DNA from: Candidatus Latescibacterota bacterium | Lineage (GTDB): Bacteria > Latescibacterota > UBA2968 | Direction of reading: 5' to 3' | Assembly (NCBI GenBank): GCA_965205975.1 | Contig: OZ242195.1 | Span: 960,001-1,024,000 of the forward strand | Length of the DNA: 64,000 nucleotides | In this document: positions 19,027-27,966 of the stretch, one piece after another | Layout of the letters: the number at the start of each line of letters is the position of its first letter | How positions within the stretch are numbered: the first letter of the stretch is position 1 | Notes under the pieces: generated by a model | The model's input: only the letters and a program-made list of their open reading frames with translations | Told to the model about the DNA's origin: nothing | Databases searched by the model: none | Translations under genes and position numbers: made by a program

Positions 19027-20454
19027 ATGAAATTGAAAAGATTTTTAAGCGGATGTGTCATCGCTGGTTTGATTGTATCGGCTGGTATTGCCGAAGAGAC
19101 CATGTGGGGATTTACCCCGGATCGCAACCTCGTGTCAGACGCGAAGAATTTGCCGACGAGTTGGAATACAGAAACAGGGGAAAATATCGCCTGGAAAGCA
19201 GCCCTCGGCGCGCAGTCTTACGCTGGCCCCATCAGGATCGGGGGCAAAATATTTATGGGGACAAATAATCAGATCGAGCGCAACCCCAAAATCACGGGTG
19301 ACAAGGGCGTGATCATGGCTTTTCAGGAATCCGATGGAAAATTTCTCTGGCAAGCAGCGCATCCCAAGCTGCCCGCGGGGCGCGTCAATGACTGGCCACA
19401 ACAGGGCATTTGCTCCACGCCTTATATTCGCGGAGATCGGATGTATTATATCTCGAATCAATGTCGCGTGGTGTGCGCGGATACAGAGGGTTTTTTGGAT
19501 GGGGAAAATGATGGTCCGTACACAGGGGAAGAGGATACAAGCGACATCGGTGTGGATATTATCTGGGAATACGACATGATGGAAGAACTGGATGTGTTCC
19601 CTCACAATTTGGCGACCTGTTCGCCCGTGGGGGCGGGCAATCTGCTGTTTGTCATCACCGCCAATGGTGTTGATGAAGGTCACGTCGCCATTCCGTCGCC
19701 TCTGTCGCCCAGCTTTATTGCGGTCGATCTCAATACGGGGGAACTGGTATGGGAAAAAGCCTATCCGGGTGAAAGTATCTTGCACGGGCAGTGGTCCAAT
19801 CCCGCTTATGGCGTTATCAATGGCAAGCCGCAGGTGATCTGCCCTGGGGGCGATGGCTGGGTTTATTCGGTGGAACCCGAGACCGGGGACTTGATCTGGA
19901 AATTTGACTGCAATCCAAAAGATTCTGTATGGGAGTTGGGCGGACGCGGTACGCGCAATGCGATTATTTCCACTCCCGTTATTTACGATAACAAGGTTTT
20001 TATCGGTGTTGGGCAAGATCCCGAACACGGTGAGGGTATTGGTCATTTGTGGGCTATTGACGCGACGGGTACAGGTGATGTGACGGGAAGCCATGCGGTG
20101 TGGCACTTTGGCAATGAAAATTACAACCGAACTATTTCTACGGTGGGCATCAGCGATGGCCTGCTCTATGCAGCAGATCTGAGTGGGTTTGTCTATTGTC
20201 TCGATCTGAAAACTGGCACACAGCACTGGAAATACGACACATTTGCCGCGATATGGGGATCGCCTTTTGTGGCTGATGGGAAGGTGTACATTGGAGATGA
20301 AGATGGCGATGTGGCGATTTTGAAAGCCGGAACCGAGTTTGAATTGATCAACGAAATCAATATGGGCAGCGCCGTATATACCACGCCTATTGCAAAAGAT
20401 GGCATGCTCTATATTGGCACGCGCAATACGTTATATGCAATTAAGGGCAAATAG
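19027..20454 (+). CDS. Exported PQQ-like beta-propeller protein
   Basis: Signal peptide; blades VDLNTGELVW, VEPETGDLIW, LDLKTGTQHW; acidic insertion loops such as DTEGFLDGENDGP. Confidence 0.85.
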   Translation: MKLKRFLSGCVIAGLIVSAGIAEETMWGFTPDRNLVSDAKNLPTSWNTETGENIAWKAALGAQSYAGPIRIGGKIFMGTNNQIERNPKITGDKGVIMAFQESDGKFLWQAAHPKLPAGRVNDWPQQGICSTPYIRGDRMYYISNQCRVVCADTEGFLDGENDGPYTGEEDTSDIGVDIIWEYDMMEELDVFPHNLATCSPVGAGNLLFVITANGVDEGHVAIPSPLSPSFIAVDLNTGELVWEKAYPGESILHGQWSNPAYGVINGKPQVICPGGDGWVYSVEPETGDLIWKFDCNPKDSVWELGGRGTRNAIISTPVIYDNKVFIGVGQDPEHGEGIGHLWAIDATGTGDVTGSHAVWHFGNENYNRTISTVGISDGLLYAADLSGFVYCLDLKTGTQHWKYDTFAAIWGSPFVADGKVYIGDEDGDVAILKAGTEFELINEINMGSAVYTTPIAKDGMLYIGTRNTLYAIKGK

Positions 20455-20470
20455 AAGAGGTCATTACAAT

Positions 20471-21559
20471 ATGGAAGTGTTGGCAACATCTTTTGCTGAT
20501 AAGATCAAAGAAGCGCGCGATACCCTCGATGCCCATGTGCGAGATATGGTCGCCTGGCATTTTAATCCCGGTACGGGATGTCCTTTCTGGCTGGAATTTG
20601 CAGAGGAATTGGATTTTGATCCTCGGCGGGAGATCGGTGGATACAGTGACTTGAAATATCTCGGGCATTTCCAGGACGAATGGTTGCGTGGGGGACCCGT
20701 GCGGCGATGGATCCCCAGGGGGAGTGAGGCACAGCGGACTTATGTCTTTGAGACGGGTGGCTCAACCGGTGTTCCCAAATATCGGATCAGCCAAAATGAT
20801 TTTCAGATCGACTACGAAATGTTCAGCGAGCACCTTTCTGAAGAAACATTTCCAAAAGGTGCAGACTGGTTGATGCTGGGACCAACAGGTCCCCGGCGAT
20901 TGCGTCTGGCTGTGGAATATCTCTGTCAGATTCGCGGTGGAATTTGTTTTCTCGTGGATCTCGATCCCCGATGGGTCAACAAGCTGATCACGCGCGGCGC
21001 GCTCCAGGAATTGGAGCTTTACAAAGCGCATGTTATCGATCAGGCGCTCACTATTTTGCGCGCGAACGATAATGTGAAGTGCATGTTCACGACTCCTAAG
21101 CTCCTCGAAGAATTGTGCGAAAAAATTTCCCTGCAAAAAGCCGGGATCAGCGGCATTTTTTGCGGCGGTACAGAGATGAATGCACAATTTAATCGGTTTG
21201 CGAGAGAAGAGCTTATCCCGGGCATCGATTTTGTTCCTACCTACGGCAATACCCTGATGGGACTGGCTTATTCCAAACCGCTCGAACCCGGAGATAACTA
21301 CGCGATTACGTATTATCCGCCCGTGCCCCGCGCGTTTATAGAACTGGTGAATCCAAATAATCCCGATGAAGAGGTCGATTACGACGAAGTCGGGCGCGTG
21401 ATGCTGACGACGCTCACAAAAGAATTTTTTATGCCCCGCTTTCTCGAACGCGATGAGGCCGAACGCGCCAAACCCATTGAGGCTTACCCCTGGGATGGCG
21501 TGAGAAACCTGGGGCTGTTCTCCGAATTGCAGGAATCAGTCGTCGTTGGGGTGTATTAA
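20471..21559 (+). CDS. EhpF-like atypical adenylate-forming enzyme (ANL / LuxE-related)
   Basis: WHFNPGTGCPFW, FETGGSTGVPK, GPTGP, VDLDPRWV, FTTP, GGTE, YGNT, PRFLERD and terminal GVY follow, in order, the motifs recalled for Pantoea agglomerans EhpF. Confidence 0.8.
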   Translation: MEVLATSFADKIKEARDTLDAHVRDMVAWHFNPGTGCPFWLEFAEELDFDPRREIGGYSDLKYLGHFQDEWLRGGPVRRWIPRGSEAQRTYVFETGGSTGVPKYRISQNDFQIDYEMFSEHLSEETFPKGADWLMLGPTGPRRLRLAVEYLCQIRGGICFLVDLDPRWVNKLITRGALQELELYKAHVIDQALTILRANDNVKCMFTTPKLLEELCEKISLQKAGISGIFCGGTEMNAQFNRFAREELIPGIDFVPTYGNTLMGLAYSKPLEPGDNYAITYYPPVPRAFIELVNPNNPDEEVDYDEVGRVMLTTLTKEFFMPRFLERDEAERAKPIEAYPWDGVRNLGLFSELQESVVVGVY

Positions 21560-21581
21560 ATTGGGCGGATCGTTTATCCTA

Positions 21582-22721
21582 TCAGGGTAACCCCAACTCA
21601 TGGCAGAAAGTAGAAAATGGCAGCACGCGCGTGTTGTCTGTTGCATTGCCAAAATCCTTTGTGCCCAGATGTACCTGGTAAAATCGCGGAATATCTGTTC
21701 GCTCTCTGAAGTATCGACAGGTGGGAGAAGTACCGCGCTCGCCAGTTTTGCACTCAACGGCAAATTCCGCATAGCCGTCGCGGAGAACGACAAAATCTAC
21801 CTCGCGCTTGTCGGTATCTCGGATAAAGCGCAATTCCATGTCATATCCTTCTGTATCTTCGACGTAGTGGCAGTATTTCAGCAAGTGTCCGGCCACCATG
21901 TTCTCAAAACGGGCACCTGGGTCTGCTACGCGCGACCAGTCCCAGAAATACAGTTTTTTCTCCTTGCGCACAGCTCTGATCCTTTTCGCACCAAATGGTG
22001 GGATGCGGTAGCACAGGTACAGTCTTTCAAAAATCGAAAGCCAGCGTTCGACGGTTTCGTAAGCCACTTGTAATAGTTTGCTGAGGCTGTTGACCGAAAG
22101 CGGAGATCCCACGCAGGCGGGTAAGTGAGACAGTAGCAGGTCCAGCATGGATATTTCTCGTACATTTTCCAGGTCTCGGAGGTCTTCATAGATGACTCTT
22201 GCGGAATGCTCGCGTAGCCATCTGCGGTGAAATCGCGCCTCCCCCTTGAGAAGAGGCTCGGGAAAACCGCCAAATCTGAGCAATTGCGCCACGAGCGCGT
22301 TATCAGACTTTTGTCCGCATTCCATCAGGGTGAAGGGATGCAGGCGGTAGTAGTGATACCGCCCTTGCAAGGAGTCGCCGCCTTTGCGGTAGTAATCCAG
22401 CCGTGCCGAGCCAGTGACAATAAAAGAAACGGATGTCTTGTTTTTGTCGAATAGTCCCTTCATTAGATTTCGCCATTGCGCGTACTTGTGAATTTCATCG
22501 AAAATAATGCGGGTTTGTCCAGAAGGGAGTCTTCCCGCCAGAATATTCGCGCGATCGGCGAGTACATCCCAATTCAGGTAGGCGGGTGATGACTCATTCT
22601 GATCTTGCCCCAGCAGGGAGATTGCGAGTGTTGTTTTTCCAACCTGTCGAGGGCCGCCGACGAATATCATCCTGTTCGTGATATCTGATTCGATATGGTC
22701 TAAGATGTAGCGAGGTTCCAT
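21582..22721 (-). CDS. AAA+ ATPase (AAA_14) with DUF4143 and a C-terminal restriction-endonuclease-like fold
   Basis: GPRQVGKTT, IFDEIH, VTGSARL, DSLQGR, FGGFPEP, KKLYFWD, REVDFV..AVECK. Confidence 0.9.
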   Translation of the reverse strand: MEPRYILDHIESDITNRMIFVGGPRQVGKTTLAISLLGQDQNESSPAYLNWDVLADRANILAGRLPSGQTRIIFDEIHKYAQWRNLMKGLFDKNKTSVSFIVTGSARLDYYRKGGDSLQGRYHYYRLHPFTLMECGQKSDNALVAQLLRFGGFPEPLLKGEARFHRRWLREHSARVIYEDLRDLENVREISMLDLLLSHLPACVGSPLSVNSLSKLLQVAYETVERWLSIFERLYLCYRIPPFGAKRIRAVRKEKKLYFWDWSRVADPGARFENMVAGHLLKYCHYVEDTEGYDMELRFIRDTDKREVDFVVLRDGYAEFAVECKTGERGTSPTCRYFRERTDIPRFYQVHLGTKDFGNATDNTRVLPFSTFCHELGLP

Positions 22722-22745
22722 ATTCATCACCTTTTTCGCATGTCG

Positions 22746-22809
22746 TGAGTATTTTAGACTATATCTTAATATACTCATGAGTGTTTTAGAGTCAATATGA
22801 AAATACTCA
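22746..22809 (-). promoter_or_regulatory. Tandem pair of 32 bp palindromic operator-like sites over the AAA+ gene promoter
   Basis: TGAGTATTTTAGACTATATCTTAATATACTCA (22746-22777) abuts TGAGTGTTTTAGAGTCAATATGAAAATACTCA (22778-22809). Minus-strand TTGACT-16-TATATT lies within them. Confidence 0.7.
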
Positions 22810-22942
22810 TATATCTCATTGTGCTTGCTTTTACTGGAAAGAAAAGCTAATTTTCTATGCTAAACGCGAGTTAAAGCCGCACCTGGAGATGATTTAACGG
22901 TTATCAAATTTCTTTTCTGAATGTTGTAGAGAGGCGAAATAC

Positions 22943-24367
22943 ATGATTCACTTACCCATTTTACGCGCGGGGGAACCGTACACGAGCTTGAGCGTTCAGG
23001 AAGTGTCGCATATTCAAACTGGCGAACCGCTCGTTCGGGTCAGTCAGGCAAACCGGGGGTTGGTCGCTAAGGACTTAAATGCAGCGACGGCGAACAAACA
23101 GGTGCTCGACAGGCTGAGTGTATCCGAACTCGTGGGCATAACCCGCGAAGCTGCGCGCTTATTTGCAGAAGCTGATTTGCCAATTGGTGACCATATCCAG
23201 ACGCCCGATGATTATGTCAAACAGGTTTCTGGCACAACGGGTATGCCCGAAGCGCTCTGCCGTGCGAATATGGAGAAGATTCAACTCGTGTGTACGGAGA
23301 TCGAAGCTATTTTAGGAGGTCTCACGCGCGGGTTAGATCTCGCTGTTCTCGATGAGGGCTGGCACAACCAGGATGGTCGCTCTCTCAGCTATATTTGTCA
23401 GGCCGATGCACTCGGAGCTATATTGCCGAGCAATTCGCCAGGGGTACACGCGCTGTGGGTTCCATCCATCCCGCTCAAAGTGCCCCTTGTTTTAAAACCC
23501 GGGCGCGAAGAGCCCTGGACGCCTTTCCGAATTGCACAGGCGTTTATAGAAGCGGGGTGCCCGCCAGAAGCGTTTGGGTTCTATCCGACGGATCACGGTG
23601 GTGCTACTGAAATTTTGATTCGATGTGGTCGCTCCATGCTCTTTGGGGGCGGGGCGACGGTCGCCCCCTGGCTGGGCGATCCCCGCGTGGAAATTCATGG
23701 GCCTGGGCAGAGTAAGGTCATTATTGGTGAAGATATGATAGATCGCTGGGAAGACTGTCTCGATATCGCCGTTGCTTCAATTACTGCAAATGGCGGTCGC
23801 TCTTGTATCAATGCGTCGGGCGTTTGGGTTCCCGCGCATGGTCGAGAAATTGCCGAAGCACTCGCAGAGCGATTGGCAAAAATTGTCGGGAGACCTCTGG
23901 ATGATCCGGAGGCGCAGATCGCGGCATTTACCAATCCCACATTCGCCGATCAAATTTCGACAGCGATAGACATCCATCTGAAAACTCCAGGAGCCGAAGA
24001 TTTGACCGAGAAATTGCGCGGTGATCGGTTGGTCGAGATCGATGGATTGAAATTCTTAAACCCCACGGTTGTCCGGTGTGACGATTTTGAACATCCTCTT
24101 GCAAATACGGAATATTTATTCCCCTACGCGAGCGTGGTCGAAGTCTCGCAGTCGGAAATTTTGGATAAGATCGGACCGAGTCTCGTGGTGACAGCAATAA
24201 CAGAAGACCGTGCATTTATCGATAAATTGCTCAATTCGCCCCATGTAGAAAGACTCAATGTGGGGGCGATTCCCACGCATCAGATTTCATGGGATCAACC
24301 ACACGAGGGCAATTTGTTCGAACACCTGTACCGGCAGCGCGCGCTGCAATGGGCGAAACAGGCATAG
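22943..24367 (+). CDS. Aldehyde dehydrogenase-fold protein, acylating/acyl-reductase type (EhpG/LuxC-like)
   Basis: LPSNSPG (Asn), VLKPG, NGGRSCINAS (catalytic Cys); VEIHGPGQSK stands where canonical ALDHs have LELGGKSP. Confidence 0.8.
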   Translation: MIHLPILRAGEPYTSLSVQEVSHIQTGEPLVRVSQANRGLVAKDLNAATANKQVLDRLSVSELVGITREAARLFAEADLPIGDHIQTPDDYVKQVSGTTGMPEALCRANMEKIQLVCTEIEAILGGLTRGLDLAVLDEGWHNQDGRSLSYICQADALGAILPSNSPGVHALWVPSIPLKVPLVLKPGREEPWTPFRIAQAFIEAGCPPEAFGFYPTDHGGATEILIRCGRSMLFGGGATVAPWLGDPRVEIHGPGQSKVIIGEDMIDRWEDCLDIAVASITANGGRSCINASGVWVPAHGREIAEALAERLAKIVGRPLDDPEAQIAAFTNPTFADQISTAIDIHLKTPGAEDLTEKLRGDRLVEIDGLKFLNPTVVRCDDFEHPLANTEYLFPYASVVEVSQSEILDKIGPSLVVTAITEDRAFIDKLLNSPHVERLNVGAIPTHQISWDQPHEGNLFEHLYRQRALQWAKQA

Positions 24368-24370
24368 GAG

Positions 24371-25486
24371 ATGAAAGCATTTGATTTTTATCCCACTACG
24401 CGCGTGGTGTTTGGGGAGGGCACACTCGCGCAGTTGGGGGAATTATCAAAAGAATTGGGTGGAAGCCGCATTCTTTTTGTAACCGATCCAGGGATTGTAA
24501 GTGCCGGGCTTGCAGACCGTGCGATTGTGGTGCTTCGGCGCGCTTCCCTGGATTTTTTTGTATTTGATAGTGTAGGTGAAAATCCCACGACCGCGCATAT
24601 TGGGACCGGTGTCACGTTTGCAAAAGCACAGGGAAATATTGATTTGATCGTCGGTATGGGTGGGGGAAGCGCGATGGATTGCGCTAAGGGGATCAATTTT
24701 ATCCTGACAAACGGCGGACAGATGGAAGATTATCGGGGTATGGGCCATGCGGCAAAACCCATGTTGCCCTCTATTGGGATTCCAACGACTGCAGGCACTG
24801 GGAGCGAAGCACAGTCCTACGCGCTTATTTCCGATGCAAAAACACATGTCAAGATGGCCTGTGGCGACCTGAAAGCGCGATTTCGAAGTGTTATTCTCGA
24901 TCCGTCGCTGGTCGAAAGTGTGCCGAAAGATGTCGCAGCAGCAGCGGGTATAGATGCCATTGCACACGCCATTGAAAGTTATGTTTGTACGCGCCGCACT
25001 GCCATTTCTATGATGTTCGCACAAAAGGCGTGGCAATTGCTTTCATCGAGTTTTGAAAGCGTACTGAAGGATGCTGCCAATAGCGAGACGAGAGGGAAAA
25101 TGCTTTTGGGGGCGCACTTTGCTGGCGCGGCTGTTGAGAACGCCATGTTGGGTGCAGCACATGCGTGTGCCAATCCATTGACCGCGCATTTTGGTATTGT
25201 ACATGGTGTCGCTGTGGCACTTATGCTGCCCGCTGTCGTCCAATTCAATGGAGAAACCGAAAGTACGCGCTATCGTGGACTTGGAGCGGATGTTGATGAA
25301 CTCGTCGAGAAGGTCGTTTTTCTAAAAGAATGTGCAAATCTGCCTTCTCGATTGCGCGACCTCGGTGTAGCACATGACTGCCTTCCAATGCTGGCAAGAG
25401 ATGCGACCGAACAATGGACGGGTACCTTTAATCCGAGACCCGTGGATGAAGATGATTTTCTCGCCCTTTACGAATCTGTGTATTGA
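24371..25486 (+). CDS. Iron-containing alcohol dehydrogenase
   Basis: GGGSAMDCAK, IPTTAGTGSE, DAIAHAIES, AAHACANPL, IVHG and NPR motifs. Confidence 0.93.
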   Translation: MKAFDFYPTTRVVFGEGTLAQLGELSKELGGSRILFVTDPGIVSAGLADRAIVVLRRASLDFFVFDSVGENPTTAHIGTGVTFAKAQGNIDLIVGMGGGSAMDCAKGINFILTNGGQMEDYRGMGHAAKPMLPSIGIPTTAGTGSEAQSYALISDAKTHVKMACGDLKARFRSVILDPSLVESVPKDVAAAAGIDAIAHAIESYVCTRRTAISMMFAQKAWQLLSSSFESVLKDAANSETRGKMLLGAHFAGAAVENAMLGAAHACANPLTAHFGIVHGVAVALMLPAVVQFNGETESTRYRGLGADVDELVEKVVFLKECANLPSRLRDLGVAHDCLPMLARDATEQWTGTFNPRPVDEDDFLALYESVY

Positions 25487-25492
25487 TCCGCA

Positions 25493-26593
25493 ATGAGAGT
25501 GCTTCTTTTTTTTCTTGTTTTTTATTTATTTTTTATTCCCGTCCATGCAGAAGAATGGAATCGCTTTCGCGGGGATGCACAATCTACGGGTGTTGCAAAT
25601 AGTAGCCTGCCCGCTGAACTGGATGTGTTGTGGACGGCACAGGTCGAAATAGGGATTGAATCCACCGCCGCAATTTGGCAAGACGCGGTGTATGTGGGCG
25701 GGTTGGATGAAAAGCTGTATGCTTTTGATTTTGATAGTGGTGCGATCAAATGGACGTATATGGCTACGGGTGAGATCAAGTCGTCACCACTGGTTTTTGA
25801 AAAAACCGTGTTTTTCGGTGATGGCAATGGCGTTTTTCACGCTGTTGATGCACAAACAGGTAACGCTCTGTGGACGTTTCAAACGGATGGGGAGATTATC
25901 TCGTCGGCAAATGCAACTGGGGGGCGCATCCTGTTTGGGTCTTATGACCAGTTTTTATACTGCCTCGCGCCGGACGACGGGTCGTTATTGTGGAAGATAG
26001 AAACGGATGGTTATGTTCACGGCATGCCGGCTATTGCACAAACTCACACACTCATCGCGGGCTGTGATGGTCTTTTGCGCGTTATCGATATTGCCAGCGG
26101 AAAAGAGCAATCGCAAATTGAACTCGGTGCTTATGTGGGTGCCAGCGCAGCTGTGCATCAGGCGCGCGCTTATGTGGGGACTTATGAGAGCCAGGTTTTG
26201 TGCATTGACTTAATGGCAAAAGAAATTGCCTGGCGATACGAACATCCGCAACGCAAATTGCCCTATTTTGCATCGCCATCCGTAACCTCTGAGCGGGTTA
26301 TTGTTGCAGGGCGCGACAAAATGGTTCACGCGCTTGATCCCAATACGGGCGATGTTTTGTGGACTTACATGTCCCGCTCCCGATTTGAAGCATCTCCCGT
26401 TGTGGTGGGTGATCGCGTTTTTGCAGGGACGACGGGGGGCAAAATCGTGGCATTAAATATCGAGACCGGTGAACTCGGTTGGGAATTTGTGACCGGATCG
26501 GAATTTGTTGCCTCGCCCAGTGTGGCGCGCGACCGGCTGATTATTGGCACAACAGATGGCACGTTATATTGTTTTGGAAAGGCGGAAGAATGA
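25493..26593 (+). CDS. Exported PQQ-like (BamB-type) beta-propeller protein
   Basis: Signal peptide (VHA-EE), WNRFRG, and about eight regular ~40 aa blades. Confidence 0.88.
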   Translation: MRVLLFFLVFYLFFIPVHAEEWNRFRGDAQSTGVANSSLPAELDVLWTAQVEIGIESTAAIWQDAVYVGGLDEKLYAFDFDSGAIKWTYMATGEIKSSPLVFEKTVFFGDGNGVFHAVDAQTGNALWTFQTDGEIISSANATGGRILFGSYDQFLYCLAPDDGSLLWKIETDGYVHGMPAIAQTHTLIAGCDGLLRVIDIASGKEQSQIELGAYVGASAAVHQARAYVGTYESQVLCIDLMAKEIAWRYEHPQRKLPYFASPSVTSERVIVAGRDKMVHALDPNTGDVLWTYMSRSRFEASPVVVGDRVFAGTTGGKIVALNIETGELGWEFVTGSEFVASPSVARDRLIIGTTDGTLYCFGKAEE

Positions 26594-27936
26594 GCGAGCA
26601 AATCCAGATTCCAGAGCCAGCGACAACCCGCAAAGTGTGGAAGGAAACAGATGTTGGTAGCGTATTTGTTTCCAATTATCCGCCTTACTCTTTCTGGCGC
26701 GATGAAAATACAGCAGAGATTGAAGAGATGTTGCACACATCCGATTCGGGGGATAGAGAAATATCGCTGGGCCTTTACATGCATATTCCATTTTGTCGAA
26801 AGCGGTGCAAGTTCTGTTATTTTCGGGTTTATACAGATCGCAATAGTGCTGAAATTCAAACGTATTTAGATGCTCTGGCAAAAGAGGTGGAAACGTATAG
26901 TACCTTGCCCCGTATTGCAGGTCGAAAATTGCACTTTGTTTATTTTGGTGGTGGTACGCCGTCTTATATCAGTGTCAAACACTTAAAGGCTCTGGTTGAC
27001 AGGGTCAAGGCTGTGATGCCGTGGGATGATGCGGAAGAGGTGGCATTTGAGTGTGAGCCTGGTACGCTTTCACAGTCCAAAGTTGAGGCTATTCGGGAAA
27101 TTGGCGTCACGCGCTTGAGCCTGGGTTTGGAGAACTTAAACGACGATATTTTGCAGGAGAATGGTCGCGCGCACGTCAGCAAAGAAATTTACAGGGCTAT
27201 GCCGTGGGTCAAGGCGCAGGAATTTGCACAGGTCAATGTAGATTTAATCTCCGGTATGGTCGGGGAGACGTGGGAGACATGGCGAGATACGGTGCAGGGC
27301 ACCATTGATCTCGACGCGGACAGCGTCACTATTTATCAGATGGAATTGCCGTTTAATACGACGTATTCAAAATCGATACGCGATGGAGGAGGTTTGCAGG
27401 TCGCAGATTGGCCTACCAAGCGCGCCTGGCACAATTACGCGATTGAAGAGTTTGCCAGAGCGGGTTATGAAACATCGAGTGCTTATACGCTGGTGAAAAA
27501 AGGTCGTCTGAACAAATTCGTCTATCGAGATGCTCTGTGGCGGAGCGCGGATCTCATCGGTACGGGTGTGGCTTCTTTTTCCCATGTGGGTGGCATGCAC
27601 TTTCAAAACCAGACGCATTGGGATCCCTATATCGAAACTGTTGGAAAAGGGCAGCTTCCGATCAATCGCTCTTTTGTGCCGACAAAAGAAGAGCAACTGA
27701 TCAGAGAGATGATTTTGCAACTCAAGCTCGGGCGGATTGAGACAGCGTATTTTCAGGATAAATTTGGCGTCAATATTTTGCAGCAATTTGGTGATGCCTA
27801 TCAGAAGCTCAGGGAATACGAGATGCTGGATTTCGATTCGCAGAGTATCACTCTGAGCCGGGAGGGACTTTTGCGCGTCGATCAGTTGCTTCCCGAATTT
27901 TATCACGAAAAATATCGCAATTCGCGCTATACATGA
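26590..27936 (+). CDS. HemN-like (class C) radical SAM enzyme
   Basis: LYMHIPFCRKRCKFCYF (CxxxCxxC), YFGGGTPS, RLSLG, NVDLI and a HemN-type C-terminal domain; ATG 26590 forms an ATGA overlap with the propeller stop. Confidence 0.9.
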   Translation: MSEQIQIPEPATTRKVWKETDVGSVFVSNYPPYSFWRDENTAEIEEMLHTSDSGDREISLGLYMHIPFCRKRCKFCYFRVYTDRNSAEIQTYLDALAKEVETYSTLPRIAGRKLHFVYFGGGTPSYISVKHLKALVDRVKAVMPWDDAEEVAFECEPGTLSQSKVEAIREIGVTRLSLGLENLNDDILQENGRAHVSKEIYRAMPWVKAQEFAQVNVDLISGMVGETWETWRDTVQGTIDLDADSVTIYQMELPFNTTYSKSIRDGGGLQVADWPTKRAWHNYAIEEFARAGYETSSAYTLVKKGRLNKFVYRDALWRSADLIGTGVASFSHVGGMHFQNQTHWDPYIETVGKGQLPINRSFVPTKEEQLIREMILQLKLGRIETAYFQDKFGVNILQQFGDAYQKLREYEMLDFDSQSITLSREGLLRVDQLLPEFYHEKYRNSRYT

Positions 27937-27966
27937 GCGATCACTACCACTAACTATGGAGGATTT

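Noticed and set aside
19135..20226. 363 aa antisense ORF and similar long shadow ORFs (15358-16287, 42619-43332, 61466-62218)
   Set aside because: They overlap well-supported genes on the opposite strand and show no family motifs.
20471..25486. Calling the cluster a phenazine biosynthesis locus
   Set aside because: Only the tailoring-type EhpF/EhpG-like pair is present; no phz core genes are in the window.
26590..27936. Assigning hemN (coproporphyrinogen dehydrogenase)
   Set aside because: The HemN N-terminal motif is not conserved and there is no heme pathway context, so no symbol was given.
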